From Podospora anserina (Eukaryota): DNA of 64,000 nucleotides. A program made the translations under genes and the position numbers. Below the pieces are notes generated by a model. It was given only the letters and a program-made list of their open reading frames with translations. It did not search any database and was not told the origin of the DNA. The stretch spans positions 2,728,001-2,792,000 of the forward strand of contig CM030333.1 in NCBI GenBank assembly GCA_017654855.1, read 5' to 3'. This document shows, piece by piece, positions 8,211-21,519 of this stretch (its first letter is position 1; every line of letters begins with the position of its first letter).

Positions 8211-9536
8211 ATGACAGCCACAACCCCCCTAAAAGTAATAATAATCGGCGGCGGCCCCATCGGCCTCACCCTCGCCCAAATCCTCACCTCCGCCGGTGTC
8301 GACTTCACCATCCTCGAACGCCGCTCCACCGTCACCCCCGAAGAAGGCGCCGGCATCGCCATCGGACCCACCTCCTTTCGCCTCTACGACCAGCTCGGCC
8401 TCCTTCCCCAAATGGAAGCCATCTCCACCCCCATCCCCCACAAGCACGTCCTCCAACGCGACGGCAAAGTCTACAACTCGTACGAATTCCACCTCCGCGC
8501 CTGCCACGGCCGCGCAATGGCCTTCCTCCACCGTCTCGACCTCGTCACCACTTTATTCAGCACCCTCCCGGATTCCGCCAAAGCCAAAATCCACGTCAAC
8601 AAATCCCTCTCCGACATCACCCTCACCCCTGAAGGCGTAACCGTCACCTGCGCCGATGGCACTTCCTACAACGGCACCCTTGTCATCGGCGCAGACGGCG
8701 TCCACTCCAAAACCCGCAAAATAATGAACTCCCTCTCCAACGCCCCAGAGTCCGAAACCCTCCCCTTTGAAACAACCTTCCAAGGCCTCTTCGGTAACTT
8801 CCCCCGGCTATCCCTCCCCGGCTCGGAAATCGAGCCAGGCCACGACTGGGAGTGCCATTCCGGCGGTGTGTCTTCCCAGTTCTTCGTCGGGAGGGACAGA
8901 GGCTGGTTTATCATCTACCGACCTCTCCCTGGCGGTCCTACGAGGGAAAGAATCGATTACACGGATGAGGACATCAAACAGTTCGCGGAAGATGTCAAGG
9001 ACATGCATGTGACAAATAAACTGACTTTTGGGGATGTTTTCAAAAATGTCAACAAGGCTGGGTTGACACAGCTTCAGGAAGGTGCTGTCAAGAATAGGAG
9101 TTGGAAACGGATTGGGTTGGTGGGTGATGCGTGCGATAAGATCACGCCGAATGTGGGGTTGGGGTACAATAACGGGGTCTTGGACGTGATTGTGCTTGGG
9201 AACTTGCTCAAAAAGTTGAATGAGAGTGGGGAGGAGATCACCGAGGAGAAGGTGGGAAAACTGTTCAAGGAGTATCAGGCTGAGAGAAAGGAGTTTTCAG
9301 AAAAAGTGGATGATGCGGCCAGAGGGGTCATCAGAACGGTTACACATACGGGGTTCATGAAGTACTTGCTTGATCGGTGGATTAACCCGGTCTTGGGGTT
9401 GGACAAGCTGTATGGTAGCAAGGTGATGGGGCCGTTGATGGCGAAGCAGCAGGTGTTGGAGTGGTTGGAGGAGAAGAATGGGATTGATGGGAGCATTCCA
9501 TGGGCGCACAAGGGACTGGTTGTCACGAAGGCTTAG
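8211..9536 (+). CDS. FAD-dependent monooxygenase (class A; aromatic hydroxylase/PaxM-like)
   Basis: 441-aa ORF with VIIIGGGPIGL, VIGADGVHS (DG motif) and LVGDACDKITPNVGLGYN (GD motif). Confidence 0.9.
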   Translation: MTATTPLKVIIIGGGPIGLTLAQILTSAGVDFTILERRSTVTPEEGAGIAIGPTSFRLYDQLGLLPQMEAISTPIPHKHVLQRDGKVYNSYEFHLRACHGRAMAFLHRLDLVTTLFSTLPDSAKAKIHVNKSLSDITLTPEGVTVTCADGTSYNGTLVIGADGVHSKTRKIMNSLSNAPESETLPFETTFQGLFGNFPRLSLPGSEIEPGHDWECHSGGVSSQFFVGRDRGWFIIYRPLPGGPTRERIDYTDEDIKQFAEDVKDMHVTNKLTFGDVFKNVNKAGLTQLQEGAVKNRSWKRIGLVGDACDKITPNVGLGYNNGVLDVIVLGNLLKKLNESGEEITEEKVGKLFKEYQAERKEFSEKVDDAARGVIRTVTHTGFMKYLLDRWINPVLGLDKLYGSKVMGPLMAKQQVLEWLEEKNGIDGSIPWAHKGLVVTKA

Positions 9537-11222
9537 AGTGACTGCCGTGTTGGCGTTAATTTTCTGGTAAAGGATGGAATATGGCTTGATTGTGGATGGG
9601 TAATGGTTGGGCAGGAAAACGGGTGTAAATTCTGTAATTTTTCGTAATTTTTATAGCTTGAACGCGTTTGTTGGCACATTAAGAAAGTCATTAGCAGGGC
9701 GCATCATTCCTTGGAAAAGGTCCATTTGTGTAAGACAACTAGTTCTTGTGGTGTAACGAACCAGGCACATTGCATCGCTGCAGTGTAAAGCTCGACCTTC
9801 CCCGAGGGTAGATTAATAGATAATTGGTTAGGTACATTGGCGCGCTAGTGCCATCATCGGATGCTGTGGTTGAGTGAATGGTACGACCAGCCATTGACGA
9901 ATCGGACCTTCAGTTACCCCTGAGCCCCTTAACCCCTGACGAACTTCGTTGACATCAACAACCCTAACCCTCCTTTTCCCTCGCTAAAGCGGCCACAAGG
10001 TGCCGTCCAAAGATTCTGACGAACCCAACCACATGAAGTGAGACATCATGCGTCAGGTGATTGCAACCCCGCCATTGATGAGGCTCTGCTCGCGCTCGTT
10101 CCCCCATGGGCAGGTGGGATTGGAGCGATACAGGAGGAATAACCCCCGTTTCGCCTGTCACCCTTCAGGTGTTCGCAATCCTGCCCGAGGTCCAGCTTAT
10201 CTTCTGTGTCGCGATGCCATGCATTGTGATATTGGGAACTTGATCTGCACAGTTAGTTCCGGACCTTGTCACGCGCATCAATTTATCGACCGCTTTACAT
10301 CTGGACCGTGACGCTGCACGTGGGTGAAGCGTGAGGATGGGACCTGCGCCTCTTGGGTTCCCATGGGGCGTTCCATCTTAAGTTCGATCCAGCTGGCCGC
10401 CGAAATTGACGCTGGCGTACAATTCATGCATGATCGTGTTTCTCTGGTTGTTCCGTGAACTGGCAATGGCTTCTCATCGGTTCAAAAGCAACATAAAGTA
10501 TTTTGCTCAAAAATAGCAAATCATTAATGTGGCGTTCGGCGTTATCCATTTCAGTGCCACTTGTCCTTCCTGCACTCTACCCCGTCATGTGTATTAGATG
10601 CCAAGCATACTGATAAGTGTCAAATGCAGTCCCTTACGCCGACGTGTGAATTGATGTCGTATTTCATGGCAACCTGTGAGACAACGTGGGGTAATACCCG
10701 CGTTCGGTGAAGAGAAGCTGGAGTTGCAGTGGTGCGCGAACCATAACCACCTGTGTGTCCTTTGTCTGATGGTGTCGAGAAGTACAATACATGGCTAGAC
10801 TTGGGCCTCGTGGACACTTGTTGTTGCTGCAATGCTGCCCAACCGCAAAGATTGAACTTGGTGGTCGCTACGACCTCGGTCAACACGGCTTCGTTGACAA
10901 GTTTGCTCAGCGCAAGCCATGGTCGCTCATATCTTGCTGGCGATATCGCCGAGGTTCACGAATGGTGAGATAGAAACCTGCGAGAGGCAAGGAAGTTCGT
11001 GATCTCATAAATCGTGCTATCGTAACAATGGGACATGATATCATCAGCTCATCAAACAGAGCCGTCGTATAAATGGGAAACCTGAAGACCCAGCAAGCAA
11101 AGACCTCAAAGAATAAAGAAAAAAACTCCAAGTTGGGCGTGGAATGAATTTCCCCCGTCGTCTGTGTAAGCTGCATCATTCTGATACCTCATTGCAGGCC
11201 GGAAGCCCTGCAAGCCCCAGGT

Positions 11223-12951
11223 TTACTCTCCACTCCTCGGACTCATCAGCGATGACCGCCGTCTCCGTTTCTTTGGCCTCTCTACTCCCAAGGGCAGAGA
11301 TTCCATTCCATGCCCGAGATTAATCACCTCCTCATTGAATGCAGTTGCAGAGGGAAAGTCAACCTCTGCCTGTGTGCCTTGGAAATGAGACTTTTGGTGT
11401 TGAACGAGATTGTCTCGCCTGGTGTATGTGGCGGCACAATGATCGCAGGGGAACGTGTCCACAATTCCCTTTCCAGTTTTCCTGCTGTGCTTGATGGTCT
11501 TCTTGTGCTTCTCCAATTTTTTACGCTGGTCTGGGCCAGCAATGGGATAAAAGCCGCATGGTTCGCAGCTAAGCACAGGTGACTGACCATATACAGTTTC
11601 GACGGGGGATCCGTCGGTGCTACGGCTCTCCTCTGTCGAATAACCCCCTTCTGCATCAGTGAAAACTGCAGGAAATGAGTTCATAGTGTTGGCCTCCCCA
11701 TGAGTTGTAGGCGAGTTCCATATGTGTTCGCCCTGGTCCAAGAAAGGCATGGGTCGCAAGATGGGTGATTCTTGCCAAATGTCATTGTTTCCGTATGCAC
11801 CAGAAAAGGAGCAGTGGACCATGAGAGCAGACTCGGGGGCAGTCACTTGTTGAGAGTTGGGTGACGAGGCGGCAAAGTACGAAGTCGATTGTGATGTCGG
11901 TACTCCAGAAGAGACCATGTGTGAAGAATCGAGCTCAATATACTGGTGAAAAGCTGAAGAAAAGTTTCCGGCATTGATGGTTTGCGATGGTTGTGATTTG
12001 GGCCACGCGCCGTCTCCTGGAGACTCGCAGGCTCCTTGTATGGTGGAATGATGAAGACTATCACACATGGGTGACCAGGTAGGGACAATGGCCAATGGAG
12101 TGCAGCTTGATGTGGGCGAGATGTGGCTGTTGCTCGCAAAAGGAGAGTTGATGAACCCAGAGCTGGTGCTTGGGGACACGCTTGAGGTGGCTAGAAATTG
12201 TGGGCGGGCGTCAATAACGCGACTTTGAGGTCCAAACCTAAGCTCTGGCATTTTCTCAAGAGGAGGCCGGGAAGCCAAGGTCCGCCTCCGTTCAGCACTC
12301 ATCTCCACTGGACTAGCAGTGTCCATCATCTCCACCGGTGACACCTTCTCAGTGTTCATGAGCTCTGGCGGCGAGGTGTTGTGTTTGGTGGGATGTGAGT
12401 AGATCTCCACAACGTGTTGATCAGGTGACGATGGTAAACCCTGCGAGTGTGTTTTCTGATGCCCATCAGACCTCGGTGAAACTTGGGCATCTTTCCAATT
12501 GTTGATGGGCTGACCCTCTTCGGAGTCCGTCTCCACAGAGCTTTGAGACCGAGATCGGCTTTTCTGAGAGGAGCTGGAAGAGGACCCAAGAAACAAGTCT
12601 GCTATGGCCTTCTTGAATGACCTCCTATGACGAAGGAATTGCAGTCGTTCCTCAAACGCTTTTATCTGCTCTTCCTGTTTCTTCAGGACACTCTGCTGTT
12701 GCTTCACGGTACTCTCCAATACTTGAATGCGGCACTCGAAGTCCACATCCTTCTCTTCGTTTGAACTGAAACTTGTCAGTCAGCTAGACAACATCTAAGA
12801 GATGGCGTCTGACGAACCTATAACCTGCATGGATATGTTTTGATGATGGGCTTCGTGGTGACAGGCTTGGTGGCGACGAGGTTTGGGGTGAGATGATGTC
12901 GGAAGATGGTAGCTCAGATATGCCAGTAATGACAGAGCTGGGAGACTCCAT
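11223..12951 (-). CDS. C2H2 zinc-finger protein with N-terminal coiled coil (putative transcription factor)
   Basis: Exon 1 12951-12818 (MESPSSVITG..), intron 12817-12766 (GTTCGT..CTGAC..CAG) joins in frame to the long ORF; fingers CEPC..HKKTIKH and FPCDHCAATYTRRDNLVQHQKSH; basic NLS RPKKRRRR. Confidence 0.8.
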
Positions 12952-15728
12952 GATAACTGAGAATGCGGAATGATTGTGTTAAGTTTTGGCGTAGTGAGGT
13001 GCTTGGTAGAGCGAACAGATGATATCAGACCGCAGAATGTAAAGGTGCCAAAAACAGGGAAGTTCGCCATTTATTAATTGTCTTTCAGCAGCGGCTCTTC
13101 TTTCAGTCCAGAAGACGACATGGCCCTTCGTCTTTAATTGGCTTCGGAACTTGCAGCAAGAGTTTGGACGTCCTGGAGGTAATTCCACGACAGGGTTCCT
13201 GCATGCCGCATCGATGGCCTCAGCATGGCCAGTAGAAGACGGCCAATTTCCATACTTGATAACGATAGACCACTAGGGAGGCGAGTATGGCAGACCATTG
13301 GAACTAGATCGGGTGCGATATGCGTGCCGTCTGGGTAACTAAACCGGGGACCGGATGGGTAAGGGATCCTGCCGTTGGAAATCCAAAAGTGGCAAATGGA
13401 TTTGTACATGGAAGTTCCATTCGACCCCCTGTACCAACTTGGACCTGCACCGCTGACTTGGCCCGAGGCAACTGAGATTGGTTGCCTTTAACCACATGCA
13501 GGAGGCAGAATCCAGAGTAGGGGTTTTGCCAGTGGCGTCCGGATATCAACACTCAGTCCCTTCGAAGAATTCCGGAGCAAGCATGGCGCTAACGTAGCAA
13601 GACCTAGAGGCCTACATCTTGCAGGTCCGATATCGACATGTGGATGGAAAGGAGCTGAGAGAAAAAAGGGCGGCTTGTAGGTCTTGAAGGATCAAGGTAT
13701 CTGACGGAGAAACATATGTTAAGGATAGAATATAAAAGCGTCTGGGGGGTTGGGGCTCCATACTGACGTTAATACGTGGTTTGTTACCCGTGCAGAGAGA
13801 CTTTGCGGAGGGTTGCCATGTGGAATAGGTGCAGGGGGCTGGGCGAGGCTCCAACACATTCTTGTGAGACGTAATCCCAATATCAAGGCGGGCTGATGGC
13901 AGCATCTGAAGACCGGACATGGGAACATGGCAGAGAGCCAGGAAGGGATGCTTCCGAAAGTGAAGAGGAAAGATGGCTAGATATAGCACCTTCTTTGCCT
14001 CCTCTTCGATAGCCAAGACATGGCCGCCGAAATGGCCTTCGTCTGGGATGGAAAAAGGGCCCCCATACGCCGCGGCCCCCATATTTTGTGAGGAAACTTG
14101 AGGCTTGCAAGGAAACAGCAGAGACAACAGCAGTGAGTATGTGGCTCAGTGGCCTTGTGGTTGCTCCGGCCGATATCAGATCGACACCATGGAATTCAGG
14201 CAGGCTGGGCAAGCCGAGCCTGGAGGGGATGCTCGAGAGAGCGTAGTTACCAGCGAAAGCCATTGGATAATAGATAGACACCGCTCATTTGGGCGAGCCA
14301 GATGTTCAGTTGGGCTAGGCAAGGTCGACCTCAAAAGAAGAGAGCATGTCAATGAAGTGACAGGATGCCCTAAAGAACAACTCAAAGATGGTTTCCCGAT
14401 GGCATCCATCGACGTTGATTTACCCCGCTCAATGAAGCTTGAGCAAATCACAATAGACCCGGAGAGATTGGGCCAGTTGATTGGCCCATCTTGACCGGCA
14501 ACAGCAATGCACTAAGCCAGAGCAGGCAAGAAAGGAAGATTGCCCTTGCCTCAGCATCAGGCGAGGCAAGTCACACTTTCCAGGCGATAAGCAGAAAGGG
14601 AAAGTTCTCGCCCGCGAGATGATTCAGTGTCTGAGACGCCAATGATAGAAAAGCTTATGTGTACTAATTCCATACAAAGCTCGTGTCTAGATGACCTGTT
14701 GAAGTGGACGGTGATATCGAGGATATCACTATCACCCAGTTCAACATGATTTCATGATAGATCCCTTATATAAGCTCGTGTGGTTGAGTAATGGACACCA
14801 GGTGACAGTTAGCGTCTCACACGAAGTACGAGCAGCCTCCGATACTCGGACGATAACAGCAGAACGGGGGGGCTTCACTTTTTCAATTGGGGTGTTGCAA
14901 GGCTACGGTCAGCGGCACGTCCATCGACCATTGTTCGGCATGATGTGGACGCGATACTGACCAGAAACCTGGGTGAGATCGATGCTAGCCCACAGCTGCT
15001 GCTGGGGTTTGTATTGTGAGGCCTGCTTGTCAGCTTCTTGTTATCGCTGGGCAGATACACTGCGGGGTAAACATGAGCCGCACTCAGGTCGCGGGCGAGA
15101 AGGAGGCCTTGGGAGCCTGCGCAAGCACATCATACAAAAAGACTCGGACTTCTGTCTTTTTGACAATGCAGACATAGAATGTTGTCAATTGTTAGGCCTG
15201 GCCCACTGACATGCGTCAAAATCAATCTCGGCTCTCCATTATTTTGTATCAAACATGCCAAGACAACTCTCCGCACAGCCTTCGTCCAGGGGTTGGGGCG
15301 CAGATAATGCGCAGCTGCATGTCGATTTGATCCAATTGTCTTTGCCCATCCACTGGCGGCCGCCCTGGATAATGGAATTTGCCAATCAGTGGGCATTCAG
15401 TTGAGAGTTGGAGGGGAGCAAGAGGGGCCAGCGCGCAGGCAGACGCCCCGATTTCTCACATCCTCAGTCAGCCAGCCTATGAAACGTCGTCCTATCCATG
15501 CAACTACGGCAGCTGTCTGCAAGTGTTCTCCTGCAGTAGCCAGTCCAAGGCGTCCCGGCCACCTGTGCCTCAGATCCCTCCCACTTCCATGGTCTCAATC
15601 CTCCCCCAGCTTATAAGAGCTATCAGCCCGGAACCCCGCCCTCACTTTCCCCTTGAACCTTTGCAGCAAGACCATTGCTCTCTGGTCTTCGTGTTATACA
15701 ACTCACCCCCACCTCCACAACCACAATC

Positions 15729-17707
15729 ATGTGTCCGGTACCCTACTCTCCTCAATCCCCATTCCTTGAGAGAGGAAGAAACTCAGCGCCTGTCAATGCT
15801 GCCGCATATGGCGATGATGAGTCGACAGTATGCAGCGACGACTCTAGTGTCGTCTCCTCCGTATACAGTGACAGATATTGGATAAGCCAGGAACATTGCC
15901 CTCTCCAGTAAGTGTGCCCAGTCTCGTTTGCCGGAGGGCATGTGCTAATATTTGAGCACCTAGTCAAGTAGAGAAGAACGAGGCGGGCAAGCAGGTATAC
16001 GAGGCTTGGAACATCACCTATCTTCCCGGCCAACGGGAGGTATTGGGTGGTTTTAAGGCGCTCGGGGTGGGTGTGCATGAATACCAACAAACCGAAGCCA
16101 GGGTGTCAACAGTTGCTCAAGCATCCGAACAGTCCGTCCTTGCCAACATGTTCTACGACGCCGTCAAACAGTATCAAGACAAGCATCGCCGTGGATGGGC
16201 TGGCCGGATCCTCCGTGGGAAGCAAAAGACATATGAAGAACACCTTGACACGATCTGTGGCAGCCTTCCAAACGAAGTCCAACACGCCATCACAGATTTG
16301 CTTCTTGACAGAGGGAGAGCGACATCGACCAGTTACCGCACTCGAACCTGGACGCTTGTAACTCTCCGTGTACAGAGCTTTCTGCGATTCTCCGGCGCGG
16401 ATCACGCGGATGTCCCACAACCTCGTCGTCGATTGTGGAAGAAGAAAGCCGCCATTGGAAACCAGGCCTTGAGGATCTCTCTTGTTATTCGAGGTGGGGA
16501 GACCGGGGTCAGCAAGACCGCTGATGGCCTCGAGGGATGCCACCAAGATTCCAACCCCTGGGGGCGTGCTGACGAGGCCGAAACGAGCGAAATGGCCCGT
16601 GAGAGACACCGTCAAAGACGTCTCAGAGTGGAAGCATCGCGGCCCAAACGCACCGAATCGCCACCATCATATCGATCGACTTCTGTATCACCACACAGAG
16701 AGCGACGGAGCTTCGCATCCCCGCCCTCATACACAAGTCGTCCAGATCGATCTCGCGGCCGTAGCCTTTCGTCAGAGCAGGTCAGACATCGCGTCCAAAG
16801 GCGTGACCGCTCAGAGGACAGCATATCAGATAGCTGGCCATCGCCGTTCGGCCGCGATCCGTATGGAGCTCCAACACCCCCGGAGACATATACACCGCCG
16901 CCGGCAATCTCAGCATACAGCAGACCATCTGTGATCCCCCCTCCTTTGCCAACACAATTCCCTCTTGGTCCTCCCATGATTCCTCGTTACCTGCCACCTC
17001 CGCCACCCCCTCCGCCAATGTCAATGTTGCCGTGCAAAGCATGCCAAACCCTTACGCCATGCATGCACTTCCCCAACTCCCACCGATACCAATGCCATCG
17101 GCAACTGATCAACACAGTGAACAACATCCCCACCCATCCGCCTTGCGTCTTTTGCTTTGGTGGCATGAGCCCGTCTTTTCCCCCTCCTCCGCCTCCCCCT
17201 CCGATGCCATCTTACTACCCCGGCCCAATGCCAATGGGCCCGCCTCCCCCTCCACCTCCGGGTATGTGGCCACCACCGAGACCTATCGTACCACCTAGCG
17301 GACTTGGCGAGATGTGCGGTACGTCTGCGCTCATGGCAACCCCACCACCACGTCAAAGACAGGACCTGGTGATGAGGACATCAGAATTCCCTCGCCCCGA
17401 TTGTAGAACAGAAATTGCTCGCGATGCTATGTCCGACTTTGACTTTGACTCGTTCTTGAATGACGACTTTGATCCCCCTTCGCTACCGCCGCTGCCTTCG
17501 TCTTCATCATCCTTGTCATCATTGTCGTCTAGGTCTTCCTCTCCGGTACGTCGGCCATATAGGCCCGCCAGAGTACAGGATGCCGATGAGATTAGTGTTA
17601 CTTCGACCGAGGTTTCGGATGAGGATGCACGTTCGGCTCGAGATGGTGATGATGGTCAGGTTCCACAGCTCAAGGAAGAGAAGACGGTCTTAAAGCCTGA
17701 GGTATAG
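15729..17707 (+). CDS. Proline-rich hypothetical protein
   Basis: ATG 15729, intron 15908-15963 (GTAAGT..GCTAAT..TAG) joins in frame to the 554-aa ORF; Arg/Ser-rich and poly-Pro segments with a small Cys/His cluster (CKACQTLTPCMH..CVFC). Confidence 0.7.
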
Positions 17708-18398
17708 CGGTTGCGCTTCTGGGGATAGGTGGACATGGTGAATCGGTGCTTCATGCTACGATAATGATGCGATGATATGGCTTTGCTCTTTCATATGTAC
17801 CTTGACGGTTTTGTTGGTCTATTTTAGGGTCTGGGCTACAAAGTAGCTGTCATCATGGTTGGTCGTCATGGTTGACAGGAGGGACTGGGAACTGGTGGGA
17901 TTTGATGGTTCCTTCAGGCGCATTTCTTGTCTGTTTGTTGTTGTTTTGTAAGGAAAGTATCCTGATGCCTTAAGTATCGAAAGCCACACTGCGCATAAAA
18001 AAAGGTGAAAATAATGAAGAGAAAGTTTCACGTTCACATCTCACTTTCACATCAAAAAGGTGCCTGGTTTACCGGCCATTGGCGTTCCAAAACGCCCCAC
18101 CAGTCGCCCCACAGCACCCGCACCACGATCATGTGCAAACGAAAACTCCGAAAGTGGCCCGTGCAATTAACCAACACCACCGCAATAAAGCACGTGATAT
18201 CGGCATTTCACTTGCAACCACCGACGAGACGGACAACTCACCGCCCGATCAATCCTTGGCCAGCATCGAAGCTGGCAAAAAAAATCCCAAAGATTTCGCC
18301 GCTGCTTTTCGAAATCTCGGCCTTTCCCCGTCACCACCACCAAACCACCCAACAGCAACCACAACACCACCTCCCCCACCACCGAACCAACCAAAAAA

Positions 18399-18647
18399 AT
18401 GCATCTCATGTACATCCCCACCGCCGACGGCCTCGGCCGCCAGTACACCCTCAAAAAGGTCCTCGACAGCAAAGTCACCCGCTCTGCCCACCCGGCGCGC
18501 TTCTCCCCCGACGACAAGTGGTCCCGCCACCGGCTCGCGATGCGCAAAAGATATGCTGCCTTGTTGGATGCCGCCGAGAAGAGTATGTCGCGTTCCGTCA
18601 CGTTTTTGTCGAAAAAGAAGCTAACCTACGCGCACGTAACAGAGTAA
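18399..18647 (+). CDS. NOP10: H/ACA snoRNP subunit Nop10
   Basis: [27 protein letters not shown] signature; intron 18583-18642 (GTATGT..CTAAC..CAG) followed by K-stop. Confidence 0.95.
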   Translation: MHLMYIPTADGLGRQYTLKKVLDSKVTRSAHPARFSPDDKWSRHRLAMRKRYAALLDAAEKSMSRSVTFLSKKKLTYAHVTE

Positions 18648-19150
18648 AATAAACATTTACTTCGCGATCGCATCATCCAGTACGATACCAAAAGCAGCAA
18701 ATAAAACAGCGCCGAGCAGGAGGGAGAAGTGTAGGAAAAAGGTCGACAGAAGGAGATACCCAACAGTGCTATTACAAGGTCAATTCAGCGCTCCATTTTC
18801 TATCCATCACCCAATCAAGACTTTTTGGCAGGATTGAGAGGAGGAGGAAGGAAGACAAGTGGTTTCACTACTTGTTGCCAGTTAAACTGGAGCAGAACGT
18901 GAATTGGAGGCGGAGGAGTGGACAATCAATGCCGATAGCAGCGAAACTGTGCTACCAGCGCATAATCATACGAGGAAAATGGAAAAGGGCTCTGTTTTTC
19001 TCTAGGTGTTCAGGGAGTTCATACTTTGTGGAATTATCCCCTAGGTTGTCATTGACATTCAGGAACAATACACACACACAAACCCACATCTGCATTTTTG
19101 TGGCACCATCGCAGGATGTACACTTTATTTTGTTTGTCTATATGTGCTGT

Positions 19151-20671
19151 TTACCTCTTCTTCTTGGCGTTGATATTGCGACCAGCACCCACCTTGATCC
19201 TCCCGTTCCCAGGGCCCCTTGACCCGGTGAGAATACTGGGAAGATAATCCTCATCCATCAGATCTTTGTACTTTGTGCGGCGCTCCTCATCCGTCTTCCT
19301 GACGTACTCCTTTTGGTCCTCAGCCAGGATTAGCTCATTGCCCCAGCCGTTTTTGCCGCCTCCAACAATGCGCTTGGTGTTGGAAGAGCCGTGTGTTGGT
19401 TTGGGAATGCTGTAGACGTTGCCACGGTTGTTGAACTGAAAGTTCTTCTTGAGGTGCAATGTGAAGTTGCCAGACGCGTCCGTGCTGCATGACACACGGG
19501 TGAGGGTAGCCTGTCCGCAAGATGGGCAGAACTGCTTCGTGGTGTCCTTGCAGACCTTCCAGCAGCCGTGGCATCTTAGAACCCAGGTCTTGAGAAAGGT
19601 AATTTTGGTAAGGCTGGTGTCAAGCAGGCTGTGATATTGTTAGCTCATTGCTCATTTGAGCTCTCGCGCGAAGGTCACTCACTTCAAGTTGATTCTGAGC
19701 GCAACATTTCGCATGGCCATATCCGCCGTAATAAGAGCTGCTTGAAGAAACCGCTGGGTTTGTTGCTTTCCGGCGCCGCCCTTCTCCTTGGCTTGGTACT
19801 TCTTGATGTTGCTGGGAGCTGCGGGTGTATGTATTAGTGAACAAGAACTTCTCAGGGTAATTCATGAAGCCACATACTGATCCACCCTTCCTCGTCATCA
19901 TCTTCCTCCGCCTCAGCCTGTTCAACCTCAGCCTTAACTGACGTCTGGTTCAGGTCAACCTTCTCCAATTCTTGCGCTACCCCCTCTGGTGTTGTCTCAG
20001 TCAATGGCGCATCCGCTTCAGTCACTGTTTCTGGTGCAGCATCCTGCTCTTCAGTTTTGGTCTCCTCCTGCTTGGCTGGTGGCTTTCCGTTCACGGTCTT
20101 TTGCGTTGGGTCTTTCCTCAAGCGCCACTGTTAAACCCATTAGCCTTCCCGAATATCCCAAGCCGCATGAAAGGCGCCGTACATCACCACCATTCCTCTC
20201 AACCTCCAACTCATACGTCAAGGCAAGGAGCTGCAAATCGGGCTTCGACAACACCTGCAGATCACCCGTCCTCCGCGCAAAGCCAGTAACAAACGCCATC
20301 GACTCGGGCTTGGGTGTCCTAAGCTTGATGAATGGCGCAAGCGTCGTCTGGTATCGTGATCGGGTGGCTTCATCGCGAACTGAAAGACACAAAAGTTTTA
20401 GTGAGGCAGTCCCAAGATGTCAATATTCCCAGGGCCACACACTCTCGGACACAACCGCTGGAATGGTGTACAGCTCCTCCGCCTGAGAAAGAAGCGTTGA
20501 TACTGTTGGATCGTTTCTGATAATAGCGTTGGCATCAATCACCAAGGAGTGGACCTGCTTGGTTGAGGTCTGGGCTGGCTGTTCTGCGACGGGCGCATTC
20601 TCGACGACTTCGGTGGGGGCGGGGTCCTCGATCTTGGGCGCTTGAGCGCTGGGCTCTGGTTGTTGTTCCAT
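19151..20671 (-). CDS. NOB1: 20S pre-rRNA D-site endonuclease Nob1 (PIN domain plus Zn ribbon), multi-exon
   Basis: VHSLVIDANAII, YTIPAVVSE|IRD, FARRTGDLQVLSKPDLQLLALTYELE, acidic DDDEEGWI, WVLRCHGC..KQFCPSCG..LTRVSC, RGNVYSIPKP, ILAEDQKEY. Confidence 0.95.
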
Positions 20672-21519
20672 GTTTTCGATTGGCTGGATCCTGAAGATAT
20701 CGAGCAGAATATCGAGGAGTCCAAAGATGTTAGCGATTCGATCGTTAGGCCGGGGCGCTCAATATCGTGGTCGTCCTGGGCTTGTGATGCATGAATTTCC
20801 CAAAAATTCATGTGGGGTTGAACTGGCAGAATTTCCGTTCCCAAAATCCATCCCACACGAGCCGAAAGGCGGTCAGGAATAAGACCCACAAGACCCTTGG
20901 GCCCACTTTGGACTTCAAGGCGTCTTGGCATTATGAACTGTCCTGCTTCATTCACTCATCATGATCACCGTCCTTATGAGATAGGAGGGATCCTCAAATC
21001 CTCTCAAAGGTGATGATGTCCGCGAAACTATACTGAGTTCGTTTGGCTTCGTGGCTCTTGCGTGATACTCTGGGTTTTCGGTGCAAGAAGTTGTACATAC
21101 TCGGTGGAGGGGTGATGAAAACACTAACATGGATGACTCGTAGCAGGTCAAACACAAAACGTTGAAGCAACATTGTGGTAGGTGAACAGTGTTCTCTTAA
21201 TGGGGGCTTTTATAGCAGCAGAAAGCTTTCCCTTGTCAATTCTGACTCTTGTTTCCCTGGTCCGTATAAACCTGAAGGCGTTCCAAGCATTTTTCAACTT
21301 CATGGCAACTGTGGTGATCTCAAGAGGGTTCGAGTTCTAAATAGCGTTAGAGCAGTTACGACAAAATAGGCATCAACCTTGGGCGGTTAGTCGTGGCATA
21401 GATGGTCAATTCATTCAGCAATAGTAACAATGAACCTTCATTTCTTCATCTGCATTAAGGAGAGTATCTACCTCGGGGTATACCAGAAGCCAAATTCCAA
21501 AAAGCCAAAACCACCAAAA

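Noticed and set aside
13100-15700. Several 60-170-aa ORFs and a small hairpin (GTGATATC-GAG-GATATCAC, 14711-14729)
   Set aside because: No motifs, coding bias or consistent splice structure; the hairpin is short enough to be chance.
18005-18652. Longer ORFs overlapping NOP10
   Set aside because: Alternative frames with no recognisable motifs; NOP10 explains the locus.
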